A stretch of 64,000 bases of DNA from IMG/VR virus record IMGVR_UViG_3300030099_008323, positions 96,001 through 160,000 of that record; one strand, 5' to 3'. The notes below the pieces were generated by a model, which saw nothing but the letters and a program-made list of their open reading frames with translations, did not search any database and was not told the DNA's origin. Position 1 is the stretch's first letter, and each line of letters begins with the position of its first letter. Shown here one piece after another: positions 48,782 through 58,500 of the stretch. This DNA comes from a virus. Both the position numbers and the translations under genes were made by a program.

Positions 48782-49893
48782 GCTGTCTTCCTCTTTTTTT
48801 TCTTTTTTCTAGGAGAATCAGTCGCAACATATGTAGGCTTAGCAGCACCAGATTTTTGCTGTTGATTCTTATCTTTTCTTCTTTTTCTCGCTGCTGAAGC
48901 ACGTCTTTCTGCAGGTGTCATACTAGCTCTTTTTGCAGAGGATACACACTTTGGTACACCTTCTCCTTCTTTATCACTAGCACAAGAATCGCCTGTAACA
49001 ACATTTACCCATCCTGGTTTTCCATCTTTTGATTTTGAACCCTTGAACCAGTGATATAGGCTAGATTTTTTCTTTTTGGATTTTTTTTTCTTTTTAGGTT
49101 TTTTCTTTTCTTCAAGTTCAGCTTCTTCAAGACCTTGAATATCTACTTCGAGTATTTCATCCTCTAGTACTTCTTTTTCTTCAGCTTTAACACAATTTCT
49201 GTACGTCTTACCGTACATTTTTTTAGTTTTTCTTTTGCTATCTGTTTTGTATCCTTTTTGACACCTGCCACCTTTTTCATTTAAAAAAGACTCGATTTTT
49301 TCCATTACAATATCTTCTTTAGATAAAGACTCGTTTTTCTTTTTCTTGCCGCCCGTGCCCCAGTTTTTAGCGCCTTTTTTGCGACACTTCACAAGAGCGC
49401 CAGATGCATATGCAGAAGGCCAAACTCTATATCTAGCTTTAACTTTGTAATAACAAGCATCTCTTTTGCCTTTCTTTTTCTTTTTAGCTCTTTTCTTTTT
49501 TGTTCTTTTTTTAGACCTTTTTCTTTTTTCATCAAGCATCTCTTCTTGTGCTTCAAAAAATATTTCAAGGCCTTCAGCAATATCTTCTTTTGTAATGTTT
49601 ATTTCTTCATCATCGCCTGCAATAATATCTTTGTCTCTATGGACACCAATATCTTCGCTGCCCTCAATAAATTCATCGATGAAAGCATCTAAATCAAAAT
49701 CATCTGGAAGCTCAACACCTCTCTCATCTAAAAAAGGTTTAAGTTCATCAGGAGTTTTTAACATTTTGCGACCAATAGCGCCGCCTTCTTTGCCGATTAA
49801 ATCTCTGGCTGCAGCTTCAACATCTTTTTCTGTTGCTTGTTTCTTCTCTTCTTCATTAACAAATTTTCGAAAATTTTCAAATAGTTTTTTCAT
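48778..49893 (-). CDS. Type-A leader modular protein with three basic Cys-containing modules
   Basis: MKKLFENFRKFVNEE; modules DACYYKV...WPSAYASGALVKCRK, CQKGY...RNCVK, LYHWF...PKCV...RKRRKD. Confidence 0.82.
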   Translation of the reverse strand: MKKLFENFRKFVNEEEKKQATEKDVEAAARDLIGKEGGAIGRKMLKTPDELKPFLDERGVELPDDFDLDAFIDEFIEGSEDIGVHRDKDIIAGDDEEINITKEDIAEGLEIFFEAQEEMLDEKRKRSKKRTKKKRAKKKKKGKRDACYYKVKARYRVWPSAYASGALVKCRKKGAKNWGTGGKKKKNESLSKEDIVMEKIESFLNEKGGRCQKGYKTDSKRKTKKMYGKTYRNCVKAEEKEVLEDEILEVDIQGLEEAELEEKKKPKKKKKSKKKKSSLYHWFKGSKSKDGKPGWVNVVTGDSCASDKEGEGVPKCVSSAKRASMTPAERRASAARKRRKDKNQQQKSGAAKPTYVATDSPRKKKKKRKTA

Positions 49894-50477
49894 AAGCTTA
49901 AAAGTTTTAATTGTTCAATTGTTTGGGCTGTGTTTTTATGATGAATTATTAGACCACCTTTTTTAGCCCACGGCCTAATCTTACTATAAGTATCATCAAT
50001 AAGTAGTTTATTATCGCCAGAATATATAAATTTATCCTCTTCTATTATAATATTTATATCAGGCCCTAATTTTTTTTCAATCCAAGCCTTTTTTCCTGTT
50101 ATACACCCTTTTCCTGGCATTGGGGCAGTAAGTATAATTATTTGTGGCGTCGCGTTTTTTATGTATCTCCATAATTTTTGGCCGTCATTTGTCCATTTTA
50201 AGTCAGCCCAAAAATTATGATCGTCACTAACTCTTTTGTACATGTAGTTTCTAACTTCAATTATTTTTTTTTGTGGATCTCGCGTTAGATCAGCAATATC
50301 AATTTGTGCTCTTCTACCTAGGCTTAATAGTTTTTTACGTAATTTTTCTATATCAACTTTTAGGTTACTAGGCACCCTAGAATTATCTAGAAGATCAGAG
50401 TTTATATAATCAACAGCTCCTTTTTCAAAGTTAACTAAAACGCCGTCCATGTCGCAAAATATTTGTATTTTATTCAT
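49890..50477 (-). CDS. HAD 5'(3')-deoxyribonucleotidase-like protein
   Basis: FCDMDGVL, ILTAP, GKKAW, LLIDD. Confidence 0.85.
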   Translation of the reverse strand: MNKIQIFCDMDGVLVNFEKGAVDYINSDLLDNSRVPSNLKVDIEKLRKKLLSLGRRAQIDIADLTRDPQKKIIEVRNYMYKRVSDDHNFWADLKWTNDGQKLWRYIKNATPQIIILTAPMPGKGCITGKKAWIEKKLGPDINIIIEEDKFIYSGDNKLLIDDTYSKIRPWAKKGGLIIHHKNTAQTIEQLKLLSL

Positions 50478-50500
50478 TTTTTTGTCCTTTTAGAAAAAAT

Positions 50501-50509
50501 ATTATAACA
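50501..50509 (-). promoter_or_regulatory. Sigma70 extended -10 promoter (TGTTATAAT)
   Basis: TGnTATAAT 24 nt upstream of the 50477 start, in a divergent intergenic region. Confidence 0.55.
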
Positions 50510-50594
50510 CAAATATAATCATTTGCCATACTAAGACTGAATTTTTATTTAAAAAATATCTAATTATAGTAGTTCATGTTTAGGAGAAAAAATC

Positions 50595-51980
50595 ATGTCT
50601 ACTGGCCACTTAGCCTTCCTCGGTGCCGCAAGATTTCAAGGTTACTGGGACGCGACGTCAAATAAAGCATCTGGCTCTGGCGTCTCAAATGCGCCATCTG
50701 GACAAATAATTTCTTTATTTAGAACTGGCTCATCGGCTGGAGGCGGATACCACCCGTCTTCTAATCTTACGGCATCTGTTGGAAATTATTGGCAAGTTAC
50801 AGGCTCTGGAGTGCTTAACGTTGATGGAACCGCAACATGGAAAACAAATGATTGGATTATATATTCAGGGTCCTCTTGGACAAAACTAGCATTTGAAGAT
50901 ACAATTGCATCTGTGGTTTTTGGAGATTTATCCACCAGCGCCTTTCATATGGGCCAAGATAATGATCAACAGATTATCTTCGCATCTGGATCTGTGCATA
51001 GTGGCTCAACTAATCTTAAATTTAATTACAATACAAATACTATTGCACTTCCGTCTGCCTCGTTTGTTGGCGATCTTAAAATGGCTGATGATAAAAAAAT
51101 AATATTTGGTGATAATAATGAAACGTTTATAAAATATAATGAAGCAGTTGATGATTTTCTTACAATTTCTGGATCTGCAAAAGGCATAGTATTGTCAGGT
51201 TCAACAATACAAATAGCTGGAACTTTAGAGGGCGCTTCACCATTAAGAATTGGTGGTGAAGTTCAGTTTACATCAACTGGCAGAGAGGCAGCTTTTAATT
51301 TTGGCCCGAATCAAAATTCAAAAATATTTTATGAGGGAGGCGCCACAGGAATATTAGTAATATCTGGCTCTACAGCTAAGGGCACTGTTATATCCGGGTC
51401 AAACCTTGTCGTTGATAAATTTATGGGTGTTGGAACAACAATCGATGAAATATCACATGCTATTACGCTGCCCAACAATGATGATACTACTGGTGCTATA
51501 AAAGCTAATTCTTACATATCCTACTCTTCACGTGTACACAAACAAAATATAAAACCACTAATAAATTCAATAGATATATTAAATAAATTAGACGGAGTTT
51601 CGTTTGAGTGGAAAAAAACAGGCCGAGAGGATTTTGGATTTATCGCAGAGGATGTGGGTAAAATATTACCAAGTATTGTATCTTGGGATAAAGAAAGAAA
51701 AGAAGCACAAGGCATCCAATACATGAAATTAATATCATTTATTGTTGAAGCAGTTAAAGACCAAAATTATAGTTTTATAGAATTAAAAGATGATATAGAG
51801 CTTCAAAACCAAGTACAAGATAGAAAAATAATAGAATTAAATAATAATTTAAGTGAAGAAAACAAAAAACAATATATATCGTTAAAACAAGAACTTACAA
51901 ACATAACGAACTCTTTTAATAAAAAATTGTTAGCACTAGCTTGCAGTACAACGCTTTTTTTAATACTTTTGGCTCTCTGA
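50595..51980 (+). CDS. Tail fibre/spike-like protein with S74 intramolecular chaperone and C-terminal hydrophobic anchor
   Basis: Trp/Gly-rich N-terminus, beta-rich body, YSSRVHKQNI...GFIAEDV...Y.KL; ends in a coiled coil and LLALACSTTLFLILLAL*. Confidence 0.8.
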   Translation: MSTGHLAFLGAARFQGYWDATSNKASGSGVSNAPSGQIISLFRTGSSAGGGYHPSSNLTASVGNYWQVTGSGVLNVDGTATWKTNDWIIYSGSSWTKLAFEDTIASVVFGDLSTSAFHMGQDNDQQIIFASGSVHSGSTNLKFNYNTNTIALPSASFVGDLKMADDKKIIFGDNNETFIKYNEAVDDFLTISGSAKGIVLSGSTIQIAGTLEGASPLRIGGEVQFTSTGREAAFNFGPNQNSKIFYEGGATGILVISGSTAKGTVISGSNLVVDKFMGVGTTIDEISHAITLPNNDDTTGAIKANSYISYSSRVHKQNIKPLINSIDILNKLDGVSFEWKKTGREDFGFIAEDVGKILPSIVSWDKERKEAQGIQYMKLISFIVEAVKDQNYSFIELKDDIELQNQVQDRKIIELNNNLSEENKKQYISLKQELTNITNSFNKKLLALACSTTLFLILLAL

Positions 51981-52062
51981 AAAAGTATTTATAGTGGACT
52001 GGTGTAGGCGCTCCACGCGCTGACCAGTATTGCTATATAATAAATTTAAGGAGGAAATATTT

Positions 52063-54222
52063 ATGGCTACTTCAGACTTTTCCCAGTTAAGGACTTACCT
52101 TGACTTACAAGACATGTCGGGCTCAGCTGGTGAGGCTTTACCAACTAGCGTCAACGGTGTTATTTACTACAGCTCAGGATCCATGCACATGCGTGATGAT
52201 CTTGCTGTCAATGGTGCCCTCAGCGTAGCAGGCGCCATTACCAACGTTACTGACCCAACAAACAACCAAGATGCAGCAACAAAAAAATATGTTGATGATC
52301 AATTAACAGCTTTTGACTTGGATGCCACTACAGACAGTGGAACTATTGACGTATTGCTTGGTAGCGAGACGTTAACTGTTGCCGGTGGCACAGGCTTGGA
52401 TACCTCAGCGACAGGAACTACAATTACAGTTAATATTACTGCTGGTGGTGTCGACACAACCCAATTAGCTAATGACGCAGTTGAAGGTACCAAAATTGCA
52501 GACAATGCAGTTAACTCTGAGCACATTGCCCTTGGTGCACTAGACCAAGAGCATTACAGCACTGGCTCAATTGATAGTAACCACTTAGCCGGCTCAATCG
52601 CTAATGCTAAATTAGCTAACAGTGCAATTACTATTGCTGGAAGCTCTACGTCTCTTGGTGGCTCAATTTCTGCTGCTACAATTGCTGCCGCGGTCGATGG
52701 TGAAGACATGGCTATCACTGCCTTGACTGATCTAGACTTCAAGACAGCAGGCAACAAGACTATTTTTGATACTGTCGGTGCTAATACACTTACTGTCGGA
52801 GCTAGCAATACAACCGTGGCTATTGCTGGTAATCTTTCAGTTGCCGGTACAACCACAACTGTTGACTCAACACAAGTTCAAATTGGTGATCGTATTGTCG
52901 AACTTAACACTGCTGGTGCGTCAGGCGACGCTGGTCTTTACGTACAGGACGCTTCAACCAACCAGACTGGCTCACTCTTGTGGGATTCAAGCGAAGATGC
53001 TTGGATGGGTGGCTTGAAAGATGCGGAAGTTCACTTTGCCGATCTTAGTTCAACTCAGACCCTCACCAACAAGACTTTGACTTCACCTGATATCAACACG
53101 CCTGATATTGACGGTGGTACTATTGACGGAGCAACCATTGCTACTTCTAATATTACTGTTGGGGCTGGCAAAACTCTTGATGTTTCTGCAGGTACTTTAA
53201 CTCTTGCAGCCGGTCAGATTGCGCATGCGGCTCTTGCTAACGATGCTGTTGATGGTGACAATATTGCTGACAACGCAGTTAACTCTGAGCACATTGCCCT
53301 CGGTGCGTTAGATCAGGAGCACTACAGCAGTGGGTCGATCGACAGCAACCACTTGGCTGGAAACATTGCTAATGCTAAATTGGCCAATAGTGCAATTACT
53401 ATTGCTGGAAGTTCTACATCTCTTGGCGGTTCAATTTCTGCTGCTACAATTGCTGCAGCGGTTGACGGTGAAGACATGGCTATTACTGCCTTGACTGATC
53501 TAGACTTTAAAACAGCAGGTAACAAGACTATTTTTGATACAGTAGGTGCCAACACACTTACTATCGGTGGATCTTCTACTACTTCGTCTTTCCCCGGCGC
53601 CGCATCTATTGTTGGAGGCTTTCACGTTGGTCACGCTAGCGGATACGGTGGTGACGGTGCATCGTTTGACGATGCTGGCTCACTTTCAATGAAAGGAGCT
53701 TTAAGTGTCGGCACAAACAACAGTGGCGGGGCACAAGTCGGAAATAAAGACTTTGTTGTGTTTGGGCAATCTCAGGGTAAGAATGTATTCTTTGATGCTT
53801 CAGCTGACACATTAACTGTTAATGGTGCATTTGCAGTTAATGGTGATTCAAGTATTGTTGGTGATATTGGCATGAATGGCGATTTGACTTTACAATCTGA
53901 TCATGATGTTAAAGCACGTGCATTTATCACATATTCTGATCGTGAGTTGAAGACTAACATTCAGCCAATGAATAATCCTCTAGAGAAAGTTATGAAGCTC
54001 GAAGCAGTTTCATATGATCTTAAGACTGGCAAGAAGAACGAGATTGGATTTATCGCTCAGGATGTTGCTAAAATTGCTCCTGAAATCTGTGCTGTTGACA
54101 AGAATGGTATCGGTCGTGGTATCGATTACTCAAGAATGTCAACTCTTCTCGTTGGTGCCCTTAAGGCTCAGCAGACTCAGATTGAGGATCTTAAGAAAGT
54201 AATTGCAAAATTACAGAAATAA
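52063..54222 (+). CDS. Tail fibre protein with S74 intramolecular chaperone
   Basis: AAGGAGG RBS; DPTNNQDAATKKYVD fibre motif; TYSDRELKTNI...GFIAQDV...IDYSRM; A/T/S/G/D-rich. Confidence 0.9.
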   Translation: MATSDFSQLRTYLDLQDMSGSAGEALPTSVNGVIYYSSGSMHMRDDLAVNGALSVAGAITNVTDPTNNQDAATKKYVDDQLTAFDLDATTDSGTIDVLLGSETLTVAGGTGLDTSATGTTITVNITAGGVDTTQLANDAVEGTKIADNAVNSEHIALGALDQEHYSTGSIDSNHLAGSIANAKLANSAITIAGSSTSLGGSISAATIAAAVDGEDMAITALTDLDFKTAGNKTIFDTVGANTLTVGASNTTVAIAGNLSVAGTTTTVDSTQVQIGDRIVELNTAGASGDAGLYVQDASTNQTGSLLWDSSEDAWMGGLKDAEVHFADLSSTQTLTNKTLTSPDINTPDIDGGTIDGATIATSNITVGAGKTLDVSAGTLTLAAGQIAHAALANDAVDGDNIADNAVNSEHIALGALDQEHYSSGSIDSNHLAGNIANAKLANSAITIAGSSTSLGGSISAATIAAAVDGEDMAITALTDLDFKTAGNKTIFDTVGANTLTIGGSSTTSSFPGAASIVGGFHVGHASGYGGDGASFDDAGSLSMKGALSVGTNNSGGAQVGNKDFVVFGQSQGKNVFFDASADTLTVNGAFAVNGDSSIVGDIGMNGDLTLQSDHDVKARAFITYSDRELKTNIQPMNNPLEKVMKLEAVSYDLKTGKKNEIGFIAQDVAKIAPEICAVDKNGIGRGIDYSRMSTLLVGALKAQQTQIEDLKKVIAKLQK
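52465..53568 (+). repeat. Internal 336-bp (112-aa) duplication in the tail fibre (52465-52800 and 53233-53568)
   Basis: LANDAV...GANTLT(V/I)G is nearly identical in protein, with many synonymous DNA differences. Confidence 0.92.
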
Positions 54223-54246
54223 TTTAGTTATTGTTTAGATAATAAC

Positions 54247-54279
54247 AAACCCTCGGCTGATTCAGCCGAGGGTTTTTTT
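54247..54279. terminator. Bidirectional intrinsic terminator
   Basis: aaaccctcggctga-t-tcagccgagggttt inverted repeat plus T-run, between convergent genes ending at 54222 and 54300. Confidence 0.88.
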
Positions 54280-54299
54280 ATATAAATTATCTATTGTAG

Positions 54300-55127
54300 T
54301 TACAGACGATGATCATTTTTAAAAATTTTAAACTGTAATAATAATTTTTTAGCTTCTTGCGAACCACTAGTTTTTATTGTCTTTTGCAACAAATTTATTG
54401 CAGAATTTATATATATGCGCGCAGCGTCATAATATCCCTCTTCAAATGATCGATCTGCATTTTTTTTCGCTTCGATTGCTTTTTTAATTAAAACATTAGC
54501 AGTCTCTTCTTGAATTATTTCTTCTAATTTTGATTCTGCAATATTTATATTTTTACTAACCATATCATTTACAATCAAGTTTTTCTCACTTAATAAAGTC
54601 TCAATCTCTTCAAAAAATATTTTTTCTAAATTATAAACTAATGATTCGTTTTTCTTTTTTTTCATTCTTTGCGTTTTCTTTTTTGATGCCGCAACTCTTT
54701 TTTTTGCGTAATCACATGCTCCTCTAAGGTTCTTCTTTTTTTGAGGATCTTTTGCTCTACCCGCAGCTACACATGCTCTTTGTTTAATTAGTTGCTTAAC
54801 CTGTGATTGTCTTTTGTGAGGTTTTGATTTTAAAGACTTCTTTGCAAGAGTTTTTTTAACATCGGATGCAGTCTTAAAGCTTACACCCACAGTATCACTT
54901 GGATTTTCATCGGTGTATAAACGACGACCAGATCCTTTTGGTTTTTTACCTGTTCCTTTTTTTGGATCTTTGCCTTCATTTGTCTCGTCTTCGTTAGCAT
55001 AAAGAGCAGCTAAATATTTTTTAACAGCTTCTTTGTTTGGATCCGTACATCCAACTTTTTCTCCACGCTCGCCGTCTTTGTTTTTTTTATAAACACATCC
55101 TGTTTTGTAATCTGGAACATATGGCAT
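54300..55127 (-). CDS. Modular basic protein with internal leader-like segments
   Basis: GTGKKPKGSGRRLYTDENP module; internal LEKIFFEEIETLLSE and ESKLEEIIQEE. Confidence 0.75.
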   Translation of the reverse strand: MPYVPDYKTGCVYKKNKDGERGEKVGCTDPNKEAVKKYLAALYANEDETNEGKDPKKGTGKKPKGSGRRLYTDENPSDTVGVSFKTASDVKKTLAKKSLKSKPHKRQSQVKQLIKQRACVAAGRAKDPQKKKNLRGACDYAKKRVAASKKKTQRMKKKKNESLVYNLEKIFFEEIETLLSEKNLIVNDMVSKNINIAESKLEEIIQEETANVLIKKAIEAKKNADRSFEEGYYDAARIYINSAINLLQKTIKTSGSQEAKKLLLQFKIFKNDHRL

Positions 55128-55501
55128 TAATCTGACTCCCTCACAAAATAATTAGTAACATTATATTTCTTAAGAAGTTTTTTGAAAGAAGATAAATCTA
55201 GACCTAAAAATGCTGCTCCTTCACCTTTTGTTCTAGCTGCAGAATAAGTGTATTTTAAAACTGCATGCCGAACAATATCAGGCAAAGAGGACCATATGTT
55301 AATTCCGTATAATTTATAGTTAACAGACTTAGCAGCCAATTCTAATCTTAGAGCAATTATTTCTTCTAAAGTTAAACAAGAAAGCATTATTTCAAAACGC
55401 TCATTTATTTTATTTTCGGACTTAAGCTTATTAGCAATGCTGTAGTAATCTTGATCTTTCTTTTTGAATCTGCTTCTTTTACTTTCCCACATTATATTCA
55501 C
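55127..55501 (-). CDS. Fis-like HTH DNA-binding protein
   Basis: C-terminal AVLKY...TKGEGAAFLGLDLSSFKKLLKKY. Confidence 0.55.
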   Translation of the reverse strand: MNIMWESKRSRFKKKDQDYYSIANKLKSENKINERFEIMLSCLTLEEIIALRLELAAKSVNYKLYGINIWSSLPDIVRHAVLKYTYSAARTKGEGAAFLGLDLSSFKKLLKKYNVTNYFVRESD

Positions 55502-55504
55502 ACT

Positions 55505-58500
55505 TTATACAAACATATCATACATTTGTTTGGCAGTATCATCTACAGAAAGATCTATGGTGGTTGTGTCTTCATCATCTTGCTCTTCTGCCGGTTCGTT
55601 ATTATCCACGTCAACATCTTCTTCACCTATCAAGTTATCATCTCTTTTGGCTGACATAGGTACTTCAGAAGCAAATTTTTCTGCAGATCCAGCTACTTGT
55701 GCACCGCTAGGCTTTTCAGTGCTAACTCCTGTAAATGCTGGTTGTTGCCCTAGTGTTCTAGCTAAATCCTCTTCAAAAGATGCTAGCCATAAATCAATAT
55801 TGTATAGAGTGTAGTTTTTAAATTGTTCAACATACTCTGAATTTTGTGCTAATGCTTTTCTTTTATCTGCTAACACAGACTCAATGTTTGAATCATTTAT
55901 TGTCTCAAATGCAACTCTTGCTCCAGTAGGATCCAAGCCCTCTTCTTTAAAATCTTCAAAATCACTTTCAAGTTGATCCTCTGGGGACATTTCTGCTTTT
56001 TTAAAGCGCGCATCTTCTTTACCATCAGATGGCATAACTCTGTCAGGATCATCTAACTCAATACTGATTTTATTATCGCTTTCCTGCTCAGTAAGATCAC
56101 CTTCGCCTAGAGCACCCAGCGCCCTTGCATCTAATGATTCAAAGCCACCAAAAGTTGATTTCATTTTTGATAATACATGCGCGCGATATGATTGACGCTC
56201 TTCAGGCTTTGAAAGTTTTCTTAAGCCAGATTTAATAATTGGTAAAATTTGGCTTAAAGCATCTGCTAACATGTTAATTGGAGTTGAAGAATAGGGAGCT
56301 GGCTTGGTGTCGGCATCAATATCTGCTTCTGTAATAATATGTCTAACAACTTTTCTCAATTTGTTTTCTTGAAGTTTTGTATCTATTAGGTTTTGTTTTT
56401 TATTTATCTCCCTAATTCTGATAGCTTGTCTGATTATTTTTCTCAACTGCTTTTCTTGTAGTGTGTCTTCCATTTTATTACTCCCAGGCGAAAATGCCAT
56501 TGAACCTCCAGCAACAGATGATTGCTCAGATACAGCCATTGCCCTGTCTTTAATTTCTTCATCAGATTTTTGGTACTGATTAATTAACACCTTTAATTTT
56601 TTTTGTATGTCTAGTGATAGCCGACTAATCATACTTTCTAAATCATTATCAGAGATATTCGCCCCAACAATTTTTGGATCTAATACTATATCAACTGCTT
56701 TACTTTTAATTATATCCTCAGGATTAGTAAACTCTTCTTTTTCAGCCTGCTCAACCAAAGAAAATAGGTAGTTCATCGTAAAAAAACCCTCTGCAACAAC
56801 CTCCTGTGAGTTGGTTTGTTTGTTTAACACCTGGATGACATCATCATAAAAGTTATCATCAGGCATAAGTTTTTTAAAAGTCTTCCAGTCTCCTTTAACA
56901 AAAGCTTGCCTCATTCTTGTAGCACTTGCTGCTTCACCGTCAACTTCTAAAGCTTTTGCGGGTGGGTAATCTACAACTTCAGCATTTGCCGTAGATGGTT
57001 TATTTTGAAAATGATTGTAAAAACCTTTAATTCTTTCTTTATCGCCTCCTTTATCGCTAGCGCCTAAAGCAAAAACAACTCCTGGAAACTGAGAAACAAA
57101 TTTTTGATCATTCATAAATTCATAACAAGTTGTCATTGGCGTAGGCCACTTGCCCTGATCTTTAAACTCTACTTTATCGCTAAATCCACCATATATGTCA
57201 AATATCGCTTTACTTTGTTGATAAGTTACAGTTAAGCCAGGCTCTTTTCTAGGTTTAAACCCAGTAACAACAATAACTTTTAAAACATCAGGTCTTTTTT
57301 CATATTGTTTAATCATTGAATAATGACCATTAGTGGGTGGCTTAAATCCACCAGGGATAAGAACAACTACTTTTCTTTGCTGTTCTGCAACAGGTGCAGC
57401 TTCTATAGCGTAACTTTCCAATAACTCACCATATTTAAATTTATTTTCATGCATCGCTTCTGCTGAATCAGAAGGTATATCTTCGCCTTTTGGTGTAACA
57501 CCAAAGCCGCCGCCTCTATTATCTACAATAAACTCTCCAGTAAATTTAAATGCAATACCATCACATATGTCTGTTGATTGTATGACAATACCTTCATGCT
57601 TCTCATCTCCGCCCTCAACACCTAAATCTACATCGGTCATAATAGATTTTTTCAAGGCGTTACCAATATGACGCACGGCATGCCAAAGAATGACTGCACT
57701 GTTGATCGCCTCTGCATCACGAGGGCTAGCACCTATATCAAACGGACCAATTCCAGTTTCGTGGCCCTTCACCATAACGTCTTCATACATTTTAAGGGCA
57801 AATGCGCTTTGCTTCGGGTCTTTTATATAATCATCTTTAGTACGAATTTTACCTTTTACCGATTCACCATCTGCAGTAAAGCCTGGAGTATCTGGATAGT
57901 AAGCAATATGCGCAGGATTTTCTTTTACTGATAAAAGAAGTTCTTTTAGTGTTCTACCTTCAAGCTCACCTGTTTGTTCATTAATCCTGACAGGGCCAAC
58001 ACTCATTTGCTCATTAACTTTTTTATAATTGTAAGAAACTCTCATATTGAGAGCTTCCTCAATTCTCCTCAACACCATCTCTCTTGTAAGACCTTCTTTA
58101 AACCTAACACCAATTTTTGTATATACATTAAATGGCATGTCTAGTTCAGTTGCATGTCTTTGTATGGCTTTTGCAAGGTTATCAAGCACCTCTTGATGTT
58201 CTTGTTTCTTTGCCTTTAACTCGTTATTTTTTGCAGCAATAAGCTGGTCAATCTGTACAGTGTCTTGGCGTTGGGCCAGTAATTCATCTTTTTTCTTAAG
58301 GAGATCATTAATTTCTGCAACTGTTTCCCAATAGAAACCTCTTGTAAGGCGCCTCGACTTTGTTTTTCCTGTTTTAGTTTCTTTTGTTTCGGTATAAAAC
58401 TCTGAAAGTCTATGAATAGCGATATAATTTTGCTTATAATTAACATTATTTTTTACTGGCTTATAACCTCTTTCTGCGTTCGGGCCTTTTGGATCGTCTG

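Noticed and set aside
52465-53568. Diversity-generating retroelement TR/VR pair in the tail fibre
   Set aside because: Differences are mostly synonymous and not adenine-specific, both copies are in frame, and no reverse transcriptase is in the window.
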